Under the pieces are notes generated by a model. That model searched no databases. It was not told where the DNA came from and saw nothing but the letters and a program-made list of their open reading frames with translations. A program made the translations under genes and the position numbers. Below are positions 29,194 through 38,529 of a DNA stretch of 64,000 nt, one piece after another (the stretch's first letter is position 1; every line of letters starts with the position of its first letter). The stretch spans positions 352,001-416,000 of the forward strand of contig CAVSJV010000017.1 in the NCBI GenBank assembly GCA_963728405.1. The letters run 5' to 3'. The stretch is from Methanomassiliicoccaceae archaeon (GTDB lineage Archaea > Thermoplasmatota > Thermoplasmata > Methanomassiliicoccales > Methanomassiliicoccaceae).

Positions 29194-30017
29194 CCTTTGA
29201 CCTCCTGGAACAGCTCCAGCATCCGCTGCTTGAACCCGGGCAGATTCCCGACCAAGGTATCACCATGAGAATAGAGCTCGGCGATACGTCGATCCAGGGG
29301 GATGCGCAGGAGCACGGATAGCCCTGACTCCCGGCAGAAGGCCTCCAGCGGCTCATAGGGGCCCTGGTCCCGGTTTATGATGATCCCGGAGGGTACCCCC
29401 ATCTTCCCGAGCACATTGACCATCAGCTTCAGGTCATGCAGTCCGAAGGGGGTCGGCTCGGTGACCATCAAGCAGTAATCGCACCCGTGGATGGATTCCA
29501 CTACCGGGCATGAGGTGCCCGGAGGACAATCGATGATGGTGTGAGCATGTCCACCATCCAATGCCTTGAGCTCCCGGATTATCGGTACGCTCAAGACCTC
29601 GCCCACGTCCAGCTCCCCGCAGGCGAAATCTATCTTTCCCGCCGTGCCCTGTCGGATAGAGCCAACCCGGCGGGACATCATGGTCACCGCCCCCGCGGGG
29701 CAGACCAGCTGGCACCCGCCGCAGCCGTGGCATAGGTTCGGCAGGACCTTGATCCTCTTCTTGATCCTTAACAGAGCGTTGAACCGGCACACCTCGGCGC
29801 ATCGGCCGCACCCGGTGCATCGTTCCACATCGATCAGAGGGACGGGTATCCCCACCGGCCTGGTCGTTTCGATGTGAGGCTTGAGAAAGATATGGGCGTT
29901 GGCCCCTTCCACATCGCAATCAAGGAATTGGAGGTCCTCGCCGATGGCCAGGGCTAAGTTCACCGCCACGGTGGTCTTGCCGGTGCCCCCCTTGCCGCTG
30001 GCCACTGCGATCTTCAA
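29190..30017 (-). CDS. MinD-superfamily P-loop ATPase with inserted ferredoxin (COG1149-like)
   Basis: SGKGGTGKTT, DCDVE, two ferredoxin motifs, DCPPGTSCP, TEPTPFGLHDL. Confidence 0.9.
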   Translation of the reverse strand: MKIAVASGKGGTGKTTVAVNLALAIGEDLQFLDCDVEGANAHIFLKPHIETTRPVGIPVPLIDVERCTGCGRCAEVCRFNALLRIKKRIKVLPNLCHGCGGCQLVCPAGAVTMMSRRVGSIRQGTAGKIDFACGELDVGEVLSVPIIRELKALDGGHAHTIIDCPPGTSCPVVESIHGCDYCLMVTEPTPFGLHDLKLMVNVLGKMGVPSGIIINRDQGPYEPLEAFCRESGLSVLLRIPLDRRIAELYSHGDTLVGNLPGFKQRMLELFQEVKG

Positions 30018-30029
30018 CTATCCCTCCCC

Positions 30030-30389
30030 CTAGTGACTGTGCTCTTTGCAGGCGTTGTCCGCGTTGGCCGACTCCAACTTGCCCTTCTGCCAGGCGTCGA
30101 TGGCGCTCTTCACCGATCCGGTGGCCCCGACATAGACCTTGATGTTGAACGAGGTGAGCATGTCGACCGCCTTGGGACCCAGGGCGGAGCAGACCACTAC
30201 ATTCACACCATGCTTGGCCAGCAGCTCCGGCGGAAGCCCCACCCCGCCCAGGTGCTCACTGGAGTTCTTGATCGTATCGACGCTCTTAGTTTCCGTATCG
30301 AAGATGACGTAACCAGGGGACTTGCCAAAGTGGCCCCCCACGCTCTCGTCCATTCCCTTGTCGCCCATCACTGGTACTGCTACCTTCAT
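30030..30389 (-). CDS. NifB/NifX family protein
   Basis: MKVAVP, HFGKSP and LGPKA motifs; C-terminal ACKEHSH. Confidence 0.88.
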   Translation of the reverse strand: MKVAVPVMGDKGMDESVGGHFGKSPGYVIFDTETKSVDTIKNSSEHLGGVGLPPELLAKHGVNVVVCSALGPKAVDMLTSFNIKVYVGATGSVKSAIDAWQKGKLESANADNACKEHSH

Positions 30390-30633
30390 GTTTTTCACCT
30401 ATTGTTGTTCTCGCTCACCTTTACGGCGAGGTTAACGGGGTGTATATTGTGCATATGCTTAATATTATGCCCGGTCCCCATACTCGAGCCTCTCGGGCGA
30501 TAGGGGGCTGGAAAAAGGACCGGAGGTCGAGCGAGCATCTCGCCTCATGATCTGATCGAAGGATCCAGGCATGGGTCCGCCCTATCGGGACGGTCGAGAT
30601 CCCCGCCCCTGGACCCGATCCAACGATGACGGG

Positions 30634-32019
30634 TCATCCAGACTGGAACCAATGGCCCCTTGGCTCGCAGGATCGGTGACTGACCACGGTCTTCTTCTTA
30701 GTGAACATCTGCAGGCGGGACATCGAGGAAGGTATTCCGCTCTGCTTCCACCCCTGGAAGTACTCGCCTCCGGGCAGCGTCCGAACGGACTCGTTGATCC
30801 AGATATTGCCGGCCTCGAGCGCTCTAGCGAGCCTCTCGCCCTTCTCGAAGTCCTTGGTCCAGATGGTCGCTCCCAGACCGTAGGGGGAGTCGTTCGCCAG
30901 GGCGATGGCCTGCTCCTCGTCGTGCACGACCCGTATGGGACAGACCGGCCCGAACGTCTCCTTCCTTACGAGCTCGATGTCGTCGTCGTAGTATCGGAGC
31001 ACTGTAGGCTCGTAGAAGTACCCGGGGCCTTTGACCTTGTTCCCGCCGCTCAGGAGCTCGGCGCCTCCCTTGACCGCGTCCTGGACGACCCGGGCGACGT
31101 GGTCCCGCGCCTCTTCTCTTATGAGAGGCCCGACGTCATCCTCGACGTTAAGCCGGGACGCGATGTCCGCCAGGCGGAGGATCAACGCCTCGGCCACCTC
31201 CTCGTGGACGTACACCCTCTTGATCCGGATGCACACCTGCCCCCCGCGGCTGAAGGTGCCGTAGGCAATACCCCGGGCGGCCTGCTCGATGTCGGCGTCG
31301 GCGCAGACGATGGCCGCATCGTTGCCCGACAGCTCGAGGACCATCGGCTTGATGCCGGCGTTCCTGGTGATGTCCAATCCCGTCTCGATGCCGCCGGTGA
31401 ACGCTAGGGCGTCGAAGCCGGAGCGAACCATCAGCTTGCCGATGTCCCCGCCGCCCACCACCGGAACGTAGAGACCTTCGGGGAAACCGGCCTCGCGGAC
31501 AAGCTCGGCGATCTTCAGGCCGGAAAGGGTGGAGAGCTCCGACGGCTTGAACACGATGCCGTTGCCGGTGAGGAGGGCCGGGAACGCAGTGATCATTGTC
31601 TGCCAGAACGGGAAGTTCCATACGCCGATGTGACCGATGACGCCGTGAGGGACGAACGAGATCGTAGCCCTGGTATCGGTCCATGAGGGGGGGAGAGGAT
31701 AGTCCTGCAATCCCATCTTCCAATATTCCGCCATGTAGTGATCGACACCGGCAAGCGCGCTGTTGTAGGCGCCGACCAGCGCCTTCTTGGGCGTTCCGAC
31801 CTCCTCATACATTATGCCGACAACCTCGTCGAGGCGCTTCCGGCAGACCTCCTTCAGCTCCTTGGCCAAAGTGATGCGGTCCTCGGCGCTGGTTCCCAGG
31901 AACCATTCCTTTTGGACTCGCCGCGCCCGGGCCAGCGCGTCCTGGAGCTCGGCCGGAGACGAGGACGGGATCTCCTTGATCGGTTGCCCGGTGCGGGGGT
32001 TGATGGAGCGCACGGTCAC
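30634..32019 (-). CDS. Aldehyde dehydrogenase
   Basis: WNFP, KPSE, FTGG, LELSGND, GQVC and ETFGP motifs. Start reassigned to GTG (MTVRSINPRTG). Confidence 0.92.
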   Translation of the reverse strand: MTVRSINPRTGQPIKEIPSSSPAELQDALARARRVQKEWFLGTSAEDRITLAKELKEVCRKRLDEVVGIMYEEVGTPKKALVGAYNSALAGVDHYMAEYWKMGLQDYPLPPSWTDTRATISFVPHGVIGHIGVWNFPFWQTMITAFPALLTGNGIVFKPSELSTLSGLKIAELVREAGFPEGLYVPVVGGGDIGKLMVRSGFDALAFTGGIETGLDITRNAGIKPMVLELSGNDAAIVCADADIEQAARGIAYGTFSRGGQVCIRIKRVYVHEEVAEALILRLADIASRLNVEDDVGPLIREEARDHVARVVQDAVKGGAELLSGGNKVKGPGYFYEPTVLRYYDDDIELVRKETFGPVCPIRVVHDEEQAIALANDSPYGLGATIWTKDFEKGERLARALEAGNIWINESVRTLPGGEYFQGWKQSGIPSSMSRLQMFTKKKTVVSHRSCEPRGHWFQSG

Positions 32020-32128
32020 GGTCCGTTCATCCTTCTGAATGGTTATGAGGGTTACGCTTCCCAGGTATCCAGTGCTTTGATCTGCCACGGAAATCCTTTT
32101 AGCCGTCCTGGGAGTTCCTTCAGTGTCC

Positions 32129-33286
32129 ATGAAACGCACCCCGTTGTACGATGCCCATGTCGCCCTGGGCGCCAAGATGGTGGAGTTCGGCGGCTGGGAG
32201 ATGCCCATCCAATACACTAGCGTCCTGGATGAGCACAAGGCGGTCCGGCAACGGGCGGGGTTGTTCGACGTCTCACATATGGGCGACATCATCATTCGAG
32301 GTTCGGGAGCGGAAGATGCGCTCCGCGAGTTGCTCACCAACGACATCAAGGACCTGGCGGTCGGCAAGGGCATCTACGCCCACATGCTGAACGAGCAGGG
32401 GAAGATCATTGACGACACCATCACCTTCCGCCTGGGACCAGACGATTTCCTGCTCATTCCCAATGCCTCCCACGCCACGCAGATCTTCGAATGGGTCCGG
32501 GACCATATCAGGCACGCCCAGGTCACCGACGTGTCCGAGCGCCTGGCCTGCATCGCCCTGCAGGGTCCGAAGGCTCAGGAGACCCTGCAGCGCCTCACCT
32601 CCAAGGACCTCACGGAGATAAAGCGTCTACGCGGCGATCTGGTCGACCTGAGAGCGTCCGGACCGTTCGATGAGGCGTCCGGACGTTTCCTGCCCGACCT
32701 GTTCCCTTCCAACAAGCCAGCACCTGGAACGGTGCAGTGCTACATCACCCGCTCCGGCTATACCGGCGAGGACGGCTTCGAGATCCTTATGGGGAACGGT
32801 GCGGCCATGGCCGTATGGAACGAGCTGATGGCCGTGGGGAAGGATCTCGGGCTCCAGGCCGCCGGGTTGGGGGCCAGGGACCTGCTCCGTCTGGAGATGG
32901 GGTACCTGCTCTCGGGCACCGACTTCGACGGCTCACAGACCTCCCTAGAGACGGGGCCGGAGTGGGTCGTCAAGTGGGGCCACCGGTTCATCGGCCGCGA
33001 GGCGCTGCTGAAGCAGAAGGACTGCGCGGTGTTCCGCAAGCTCGTCGGCATCGAGCTTCTGGAAAAGGGCATCCCCCGTCACGGTTATCCCATCACATTC
33101 AACCACCGCGAGATCGGTAAGGTGACCTCCGGAACGCTATCGCCGATCCTTAACAAGGGCATCGCCCTCGCCTATGTCAACCTGAACCATGCCCAGGAGG
33201 GCGACGAGATCGAGGTCACTATTCGTGATTCCTCGGTGAAAGCAAGAGTGGCCGTTCCGCCATTCATCAGGAAGGTGAGAAACTGA
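32129..33286 (+). CDS. gcvT: Glycine cleavage T protein (aminomethyltransferase)
   Basis: KRTPLY, FGGWEMP, FDVSHMG, SGYTGEDGFE and GLGARDLLRLEMG motifs. Confidence 0.93.
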   Translation: MKRTPLYDAHVALGAKMVEFGGWEMPIQYTSVLDEHKAVRQRAGLFDVSHMGDIIIRGSGAEDALRELLTNDIKDLAVGKGIYAHMLNEQGKIIDDTITFRLGPDDFLLIPNASHATQIFEWVRDHIRHAQVTDVSERLACIALQGPKAQETLQRLTSKDLTEIKRLRGDLVDLRASGPFDEASGRFLPDLFPSNKPAPGTVQCYITRSGYTGEDGFEILMGNGAAMAVWNELMAVGKDLGLQAAGLGARDLLRLEMGYLLSGTDFDGSQTSLETGPEWVVKWGHRFIGREALLKQKDCAVFRKLVGIELLEKGIPRHGYPITFNHREIGKVTSGTLSPILNKGIALAYVNLNHAQEGDEIEVTIRDSSVKARVAVPPFIRKVRN

Positions 33287-34338
33287 AGAAAAAGGTCGTC
33301 GATACGCTACAGGACCTACTGGCCATGGACAGCGACCTCCATGCGGATATGGCCCCCATCGTCCGCTACGTGCGAAGGCGATTGGAAAGCGCCGGCATGC
33401 GCGTCCGTCAGGTCGGCCCGGAGAAGTTTCCAGCGATCGTCGCTACCTGCGGCAAGCACGGCATGCTCTTCTCCGGCCATCTCGACACCGTGCCGGTCGG
33501 CTCGAACTGGTCCATGTTCCAGGGGGAGATCGATGGCAATCGCATCTACGGCCGCGGCACTACCGACATGAAGGGCGCCTGTGCCGCCATGATCGACGCG
33601 GCCGAGGTCCTGGTGAACGACGAGGTACCGTTCAGCATCGCCCTCACCACCGACGAGGAGGAGCAGATGTACGGCGTGGCGGCGGTGGTCCAAGAGGACC
33701 TCGTCCGGAGAGCCAAAGGCATCCTGATCATGGAACCGACCGAGCTCTCTCCGGCCTACCGTGAGAAGGGGGTGTTCCGCTTCCGCCTGACCACTAAGGG
33801 TCGAGCGGCCCACTCCAGCCAGCCCTGGCTCGGCGACGATGCCATCCTCAAGATGCACTACTGTCTCGGCCGGTTACTGGACCTGGCGGAGATCTCCTCG
33901 CAGAAATCTACCGGCATGACGATGTGCTTCTCCACCATCGCGGGCGGCAACAAGAACAACGTGGTCTCCGACCGCTGCTCGGTCGAGGTGGACGTCCGTT
34001 TCCCCTCGACCCAGAGCATCCACGATATCGAGGACATCATCGTCAACCGGCTGCGCGGTGAGGTGTACCAGATGGATATCGAGTACACTCTGGACGCGTT
34101 CGAGTCCGATCCTCACTCCGAGATAAGCAACGAGCTATCGAACTTCCTGGGCACCGACCCCATCGTCGTACCGTATGCCACCGAAGCGCCGAAGTACGCG
34201 ATAGTGAACCCCCGCGTGTACATCTGCGGTCCTGGAGACCCCCATCTCGCTCACACCACCGATGAGTACGTGGAGCTGCAAGAGCTGGAAGAGGCGCACG
34301 ACATGATCGTGCACCTGGCCAAGTACGTTCAGGGATAG
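33283..34338 (+). CDS. M20 family metallopeptidase (ArgE/DapE-like); probable CTG start
   Basis: GHLDTVP, YGRGTTDMKG, DEE, EPT, AHSS and AHTTDEYV motifs. Confidence 0.9.
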   Translation: MKKKVVDTLQDLLAMDSDLHADMAPIVRYVRRRLESAGMRVRQVGPEKFPAIVATCGKHGMLFSGHLDTVPVGSNWSMFQGEIDGNRIYGRGTTDMKGACAAMIDAAEVLVNDEVPFSIALTTDEEEQMYGVAAVVQEDLVRRAKGILIMEPTELSPAYREKGVFRFRLTTKGRAAHSSQPWLGDDAILKMHYCLGRLLDLAEISSQKSTGMTMCFSTIAGGNKNNVVSDRCSVEVDVRFPSTQSIHDIEDIIVNRLRGEVYQMDIEYTLDAFESDPHSEISNELSNFLGTDPIVVPYATEAPKYAIVNPRVYICGPGDPHLAHTTDEYVELQELEEAHDMIVHLAKYVQG

Positions 34339-35627
34339 ACTCGGGACACCGTCCGGGGGAACGGGATAGCGTCCCTGATGTGCTCCAGACCGCAAACGAA
34401 CTTGACGACCCTCTCCACCCCCAGCCCGAAGCCGGAGTGCGGCACGGAACCGTAGCGGCGAAGGTCCAAGTACCACTCGTACGGCCCCATGGCGATCTCC
34501 TGCGCCTCCATCCTGGAGATGAGCTTGTTGAGGTCCGTCTCCCTCTCCGAACCGCCGATGATCTCACCGAATCCAGCGGGAGCGAGCAGGTCGGCACAGG
34601 CATACGTCCGGGGGTCCTCCTCGTCCTCCTTCATGTAGAAGGCCTTGCACTCCTTGGGATAGTTGGTCACGAACACCGGCACGGTCTCTTCGGCGGTCAG
34701 GGCACGTTCCTCCGGAGCGCCCAGGTCGCAGCCCCACGATATCTCATAGTTCTGTTCGCGAAGCTTGTCGATCGCCTGTGAGTAGGTCATGCGCTTGAAC
34801 GGCGGCTTGATCGCGTTCAGCGGCTGGATGTCCTTACGGACCAGCAAAAGCTCGTCCCTGGCGCTTGTGAGCACGTTCTCGACCATCGCCGAGACCAGCT
34901 GCTCCTGGATATCCATGTTACCCTTGTAATCGACCCACGCTTCCTCCAGCTCCAGATGCCAGTACTCGGTCAGGTGTCGGGTCGTGCGGGACTTCTCAGC
35001 GCGGAAGGACGGCGTTATGGAGTAGACCCGATCGAGGGAGAAGATCAGCGATTCCAGGTACATCTGGGCGCTCTGGCTGAGGTAAGCGTCCCGGTCGAAG
35101 TACTTCAGCTTGAACAGGGTGGTGCCGCCCTCGCACGCATTGGTGGTCAGGATCGGAGGCGTCACCTCGGTGAACATGTTCTCCTTCAGCCAGTCCCTCG
35201 CCCCAGCCATGGCGGCGGCCTTGATCTTCATGATCGCGGTCTGCTCCCGAGAGCGGACCCAGAGGTGGCGGTGGTCGAGCAGCAGCTCCTCGCTTTGGTA
35301 CTCGGTGATGGGGAACGTCTGCGCCGCACCGACGACCTTGAAGGCGGAAGCGCGCATCTCCTTCCCGCCGGGAGCGCGCTTGTCATCGAACAGCCGACCC
35401 TTGACCAGGACCGACGACTCGAGATTGGTGCCGTGAGCGGCCTCGAACTCCCCGTCGGGGAGGTTTCCCTTCTTCACCGTCACCTGGATGATGCCGGTCG
35501 AGTCCCTTAGGACGAGGAACACGATGGCGCCGCTGGAACGGGCTCGGTAGATCCATCCGCGGGCCTCGACCTCCTGGTCGGCAGGGGCGGTGAACAGCTG
35601 GTTGACGGGAAGGAAGGGCATGTCCAT
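34329..35627 (-). CDS. asnS: Asparagine--tRNA ligase
   Basis: OB-fold N-terminus; FRAEKSRTTRHLTEYW, EIIGGSERE and WYLDLRRYGSVPHSGFGLGVER motifs. Confidence 0.9.
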   Translation of the reverse strand: MDMPFLPVNQLFTAPADQEVEARGWIYRARSSGAIVFLVLRDSTGIIQVTVKKGNLPDGEFEAAHGTNLESSVLVKGRLFDDKRAPGGKEMRASAFKVVGAAQTFPITEYQSEELLLDHRHLWVRSREQTAIMKIKAAAMAGARDWLKENMFTEVTPPILTTNACEGGTTLFKLKYFDRDAYLSQSAQMYLESLIFSLDRVYSITPSFRAEKSRTTRHLTEYWHLELEEAWVDYKGNMDIQEQLVSAMVENVLTSARDELLLVRKDIQPLNAIKPPFKRMTYSQAIDKLREQNYEISWGCDLGAPEERALTAEETVPVFVTNYPKECKAFYMKEDEEDPRTYACADLLAPAGFGEIIGGSERETDLNKLISRMEAQEIAMGPYEWYLDLRRYGSVPHSGFGLGVERVVKFVCGLEHIRDAIPFPRTVSRVYP

Positions 35628-35780
35628 TCGAACGGCATTCAACTATCTTTGAGTTTCGCCGTGCCAGATGCGGGCAGGGAGCTTTGCTCAATTCCTACAG
35701 CATCGCTGATGTCCCCGCTTAGCTCTTCCCCTAATAACAGCGGGGAAAGGCAGTTATCGGGCTAGGCTAATCCGGGCAGC

Positions 35781-36218
35781 GTGATGATCAGGTCGGCCGG
35801 CATCGAGGAACTGCCGGAGGTCCAGGAGATCGAGGAGACGTGCTTCCAGGAGGACCGCTACCCGCCAGAGGTCCTGGCGGAGATGCTGGCCGAGGAGGGC
35901 TTCGAGACCGTGCTGGCCGAGGACGAGGAACTCTTGGGCTCAGCCACCGTGAACTTCCGGAAGGGCATGGTCGCGGCGCAGCTGGTGTCCATCGCCGTTC
36001 TGCCTAGGCACCGCGGCAAGGGCGTGGCCAGGGCACTGTTGGCTGAGATGGAGAAGAGGGTCAGACGCAGAGGGGCCAAGAAGATGGTCCTTCAGGTCAA
36101 TGTCCTCAACGTCGCTGCCATCAACCTGTACCTGCACCAGGGCTACGTGCTCCAGGGTATGATCGGCGGATACTACGGCCCGGGCAAGGACGCTTATTTC
36201 ATGGATAAGATCCTCTGA
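35781..36218 (+). CDS. GNAT N-acetyltransferase (RimI-like)
   Basis: IAVLPRHRGKGVA, N..AINLY...GY and YY..GKDA motifs. Confidence 0.9.
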   Translation: MMIRSAGIEELPEVQEIEETCFQEDRYPPEVLAEMLAEEGFETVLAEDEELLGSATVNFRKGMVAAQLVSIAVLPRHRGKGVARALLAEMEKRVRRRGAKKMVLQVNVLNVAAINLYLHQGYVLQGMIGGYYGPGKDAYFMDKIL

Positions 36219-36342
36219 CTATTCTCGACCATTGGAAATACAGAGGGCCTTGGCCAGTTCGTCCAGGGGAAAATCAATATATAGAGATTGTAGTATTCGG
36301 CGTGCTGTCATCTCTCGCGGATGTTGGCCCAGGTGAAGGAAG

Positions 36343-36510
36343 ATGGAAGAGACCCTATGCAACGTTGAATTCATTAAAGACAACAACGACTACATAGCCA
36401 GGGTTCAGAGTGAGATCGGTGGTGTGAGAGAATACCGCAGTTCGTCACTTGAAGAGGTCCTCGAGCAGGTCATCATCGACCTCCAGGAAGAGTTCGAGAC
36501 CGCTGGCTAA
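36343..36510 (+). CDS. Small acidic protein, 55 aa (not in the ORF track)
   Basis: MEETLCNVEFIKDNNDYIARVQSEIGGVREYRSSSLEEVLEQVIIDLQEEFETAG; strong RBS AGGTGA and an upstream AT-rich box. Confidence 0.75.
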   Translation: MEETLCNVEFIKDNNDYIARVQSEIGGVREYRSSSLEEVLEQVIIDLQEEFETAG

Positions 36511-36633
36511 GGTTTTACGGCTTTTATGGGCTAACATAATGCTAGCTTCATAGGTCATATCTTCCTGAACGTCCATAAGGAGTACGAGGTCATTGAAATG
36601 CAGAACCGGGAGAAGTCCGAATATGATACGGTC

Positions 36634-36951
36634 ATGTCGTCCTACTTCGGGGACGACCAGGTCACCGCCCTGATCAACCTCAAGGTGGAGACCAAGGAGG
36701 CCGATATCATTGCCGAGGCCATCGCCGAGAACGACGCCGTGGACGATGTCTACCTGGTAACAGGAGAGACCGACATAGTGGCCGTAGTGAAGTTTCAAAC
36801 CTATGGTCAGCTCAAAAGGTTCCTTATGGAGACCATAACCAGCATCCCTGGGGTCAAGGAGAGCAAGACCTCCATGGTAGTGACCACCTTCAAGAAGGGC
36901 GGGGAGCTAAAGGTCGAGAAGGCCGAGGCCGGCCCCGAAAGCAAGGGATGA
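36634..36951 (+). CDS. Stand-alone Lrp/AsnC ligand-binding (RAM) domain protein
   Basis: VYLVTGETDIV...IPGVKESKTS; no HTH. Confidence 0.85.
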   Translation: MSSYFGDDQVTALINLKVETKEADIIAEAIAENDAVDDVYLVTGETDIVAVVKFQTYGQLKRFLMETITSIPGVKESKTSMVVTTFKKGGELKVEKAEAGPESKG

Positions 36952-36991
36952 TATACAATATCCTTCCCCGTATCAAACGGGGGTGAAACCA

Positions 36992-37247
36992 ATGGCAGAC
37001 AACATCAAACTCAAGCAGGTAATGGACGTGTTCGGACCAATTAGCCGAGGACACCTCGGTGCCCCGGAACATCCGGAGGGGGGCCGCCGACGCGAAAGGT
37101 CGCCTGCAGCAGCCCAACGAGGCTATGGACGTCAAGGCAGCCAGCGCCATCTTCATCTTAGACGAGCTGGCAAACGACCCGAACATCCCGCTTCACGGCA
37201 GGACGTTGATCTGGAACATCATCAGCCAGCTGGAGACGGTGAAGTAG
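36992..37247 (+). CDS. UPF0147 family protein; +1 frameshift near 37033
   Basis: Corrected LAEDTSVPRNIRR...LDELANDPNIPLHGRTLIW. Confidence 0.88.
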
Positions 37248-37302
37248 GATTCACCACGCTCCAAACCTTTTAATTACAATTATACAATCAAGCTCGACAT
37301 AG

Positions 37303-37374
37303 GCGGGCGTAGTCTAGTGGTTAGGACTTAAGCTTCCCAAGCTTGAAGCCCGGGTTCGAATCCCGGCGCCCGCA
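37303..37374 (+). tRNA. tRNA-Gly(CCC)
   Basis: GCGGGCG/CGCCCGC acceptor stem, anticodon loop TTCCCAA, T arm GGTTCGAATCC. Confidence 0.95.
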
Positions 37375-37377
37375 CTC

Positions 37378-37851
37378 CTAGCTATATCCAGTAAGGAAAT
37401 TATCCTTCGAGATAGTGGGGTTTGTTTTGGCGGTCGGTTTGGGCGACCGTACATCGCTCACTTCCGCTAACGCCTTCTCTTCTTTCTTACGGCAGTAATA
37501 GCTCTCCATGGCCTTGGTGGAGTCGTGTCCCATGAGGACCGAGACCGACTCGATGGTAACGCCTTGGTCGAGGCACATCTGCCCGAAGGTTCTCCGGCAG
37601 GTGCGCAGGTCAAACTTGAAGCCGACCTCGTTCTCGACCATTTTCTTTAACTTCTCCAGGCTGTTAGTGGCGAAGTAGCCGTCCATCGCGATGAACAGCT
37701 CATCGAGGAACTTGGTGACGCCTGCTCGTATGATGTCCAATCGACCGCGGCCTGTCCACTTGAAAATCTTTACCACCTCATTATGGAGGGGGATGGGCAG
37801 GTCGACCGACGCGTGGACCTTGGTCTTCTCAATGGTCGGATTCACAGGCAT
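37378..37851 (-). pseudogene. Tyrosine recombinase/integrase, C-terminal fragment
   Basis: DLRTCRRTFG, LMGH and ESYY catalytic-end motifs; an in-frame stop shortly upstream, so the N-terminal part is missing. Confidence 0.8.
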
Positions 37852-38113
37852 GTTAACATCTACGTACGATGTGGTATTTTAGAGACGTCCAGATAGATAT
37901 ATTCATCATTAATTAATCTATTATCTTCTAATGGAATTGAAGGGGTTTCCTGTTAGAAAACCACAACATTATCGGCTCTGGGCACTGCCAAGAAAATTTT
38001 CGGCCATTACTGACGGAGATAGCACCTATTGGTCCAGCTTCCAGCGCGTTTCTTTTCTAGAATGGGCCTCTCCCTCCTGATGTTGGACCCGTGTTGCACC
38101 AGCGGCCGAGTAT

Positions 38114-38529
38114 CTAGCAGTTACTCTTCCGCTGCCCTAGCATTATTTCCTTCAGCGTTGCGGTCATCCGGTCCATCTCCTCGATAGTCATGGGCTTGAT
38201 GAGGTAGCAGACCACGCCGTTCTGCTTGGCCGCTTCCTTATCGTCAGGGGAGGACGAGCCGGTCAATATTATCACTGCCGTTGTTCTGAGGAGACCGCGC
38301 GTTTTAAGCAGATCGAGCAATTGATGGCCGCTGAACATGGGCAACTTGAGGTCCAGAAGGATAAAGTCCGCGGTGTTCGACTCGAGGTATGCAAGAGCTT
38401 TCTCACCATCGCTCAGCCAAGTGAGTCGATGCTCGATCCCCGTATCCTTCAGTACCCCTGCATCAGATGGGCATCGCTCTTGCTGTCTTCGACGAGCACG
38501 ATGTTCAGCGGCTTAGATGGCGAGGTCAT
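38114..38529 (-). CDS. Single-domain response regulator (Rcp1-like); frameshift near 38455
   Basis: IVLVEDS...DFILLDLKLP...ILTGS...YLIKP; ATGA overlap with the kinase stop. Confidence 0.85.

Noticed and set aside
32020-32373. N-terminal extension of the aldehyde dehydrogenase
   Set aside because: It overlaps gcvT in antisense. The family N-terminus (RSINP.TG) and an RBS fit the 32019 start.
35700-35780. Hairpin CCCCGCT/AGCGGGG between asnS and the GNAT gene
   Set aside because: A single stem with a large loop in a divergent promoter; not enough support for an RNA element.
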